Shown piece by piece: positions 63,742-64,000 of a stretch of 64,000 nt of DNA. The DNA is taken from NCBI GenBank assembly GCA_942492735.1, contig OW818648.1, forward strand, positions 2,245,591 to 2,309,590, given 5' to 3'. The notes beneath the pieces were generated by a model, which saw nothing but the letters and a program-made list of their open reading frames with translations, did not search any database and had not been told where the DNA came from. This DNA comes from an uncultured Eubacteriales bacterium (GTDB lineage: Bacteria > Bacillota > Clostridia > Oscillospirales > Oscillospiraceae). The position numbers and the translations under genes are program-made. Position 1 is the stretch's first letter. Each line of letters opens with the position of its first letter.

Positions 63742-64000
63742 ATGGACTCGATTGATGATATCTTAAGAAATGCAATGGAACGAAATGCCTCCGACATCCA
63801 CTTTACCGTCGGAGTCCCGCCGGTCGTCAGAATTGACGGCGCTCTTTTAACAATGGGCGAAGAAATCCTGAAGCCTGACGATACAAGAGAACTCGCCAAT
63901 AGCCTGCTGACTGAAAAGTACCGAACTGTACTTGAGCAAAAGGGCGAGGTGGATCTTGCCTACAGTATTGCGAATCTTGGCCGTTTTCGTGTCAACGTCT
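63742..64000 (+). CDS. pilT: Twitching-motility ATPase PilT. Partial: the 3' end is beyond the window.
   Basis: MDSIDDILRNAMERNASDIHFTVGVPPVVRIDGAL… is the PilT N-terminus. It is absent from the ORF track because no stop lies in the window. Confidence 0.7.
   Translation, partial: MDSIDDILRNAMERNASDIHFTVGVPPVVRIDGALLTMGEEILKPDDTRELANSLLTEKYRTVLEQKGEVDLAYSIANLGRFRVNV

Overview
This 64-kb window looks like chromosomal DNA from a strictly anaerobic, spore-forming Clostridia-type Firmicute; genes are densely packed on both strands. The taxon is inferred from the gene content below. I found no rRNA, tRNA, CRISPR array, integrase or phage module, so this is a mixed housekeeping and accessory region rather than a mobile island.

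Gene content in order:
- a partial histidine-phosphatase-family gene, a HAD hydrolase, two membrane c-di-GMP enzymes (a GGDEF protein and a GGDEF-EAL protein), two alpha/beta hydrolases and a stand-alone ArgC-like reductase;
- a cell-wall cluster: an OatA-like acyltransferase-3 plus SGNH gene, followed by two secreted SGNH paralogues carrying copper-amine-oxidase-like N-terminal domains, and divergent from a CwlO-like coiled-coil NlpC/P60 endopeptidase;
- a methyl-accepting chemotaxis gene interrupted by a frameshift at a C4/G4 homopolymer;
- a PadR regulator upstream of a 1983-aa S-layer-homology-anchored adhesin containing six near-identical 333-bp tandem repeats;
- rpsI and rplM;
- a sigI/rsgI sigma/anti-sigma pair whose RsgI carries three FN3-like extracellular repeats;
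- a Ku plus ligase-only LigD non-homologous end-joining pair;
- a flotillin, a MATE exporter, desulfoferrodoxin and rubrerythrin;
- sporulation proteins YtfI and GerW;
- an IS200-type (HuH Y1, possibly REP-associated) transposase with no recognisable element ends;
- the bcd-etfB-etfA butyryl-CoA dehydrogenase operon;
- a formate locus: nuoE-like, nuoF-like, fdhA (Cys-type) and fdhD on one strand, divergent from focA;
- two tandem crcB genes, then the start of a pilB/pilT type IV pilus ATPase cluster.

The non-coding features that stand out most are a roughly 175-bp conserved leader present in two copies about 4 kb apart, four or more unrelated families of long palindromic intergenic elements, and candidate operators upstream of rubrerythrin and in the crcB/pilB intergenic region.
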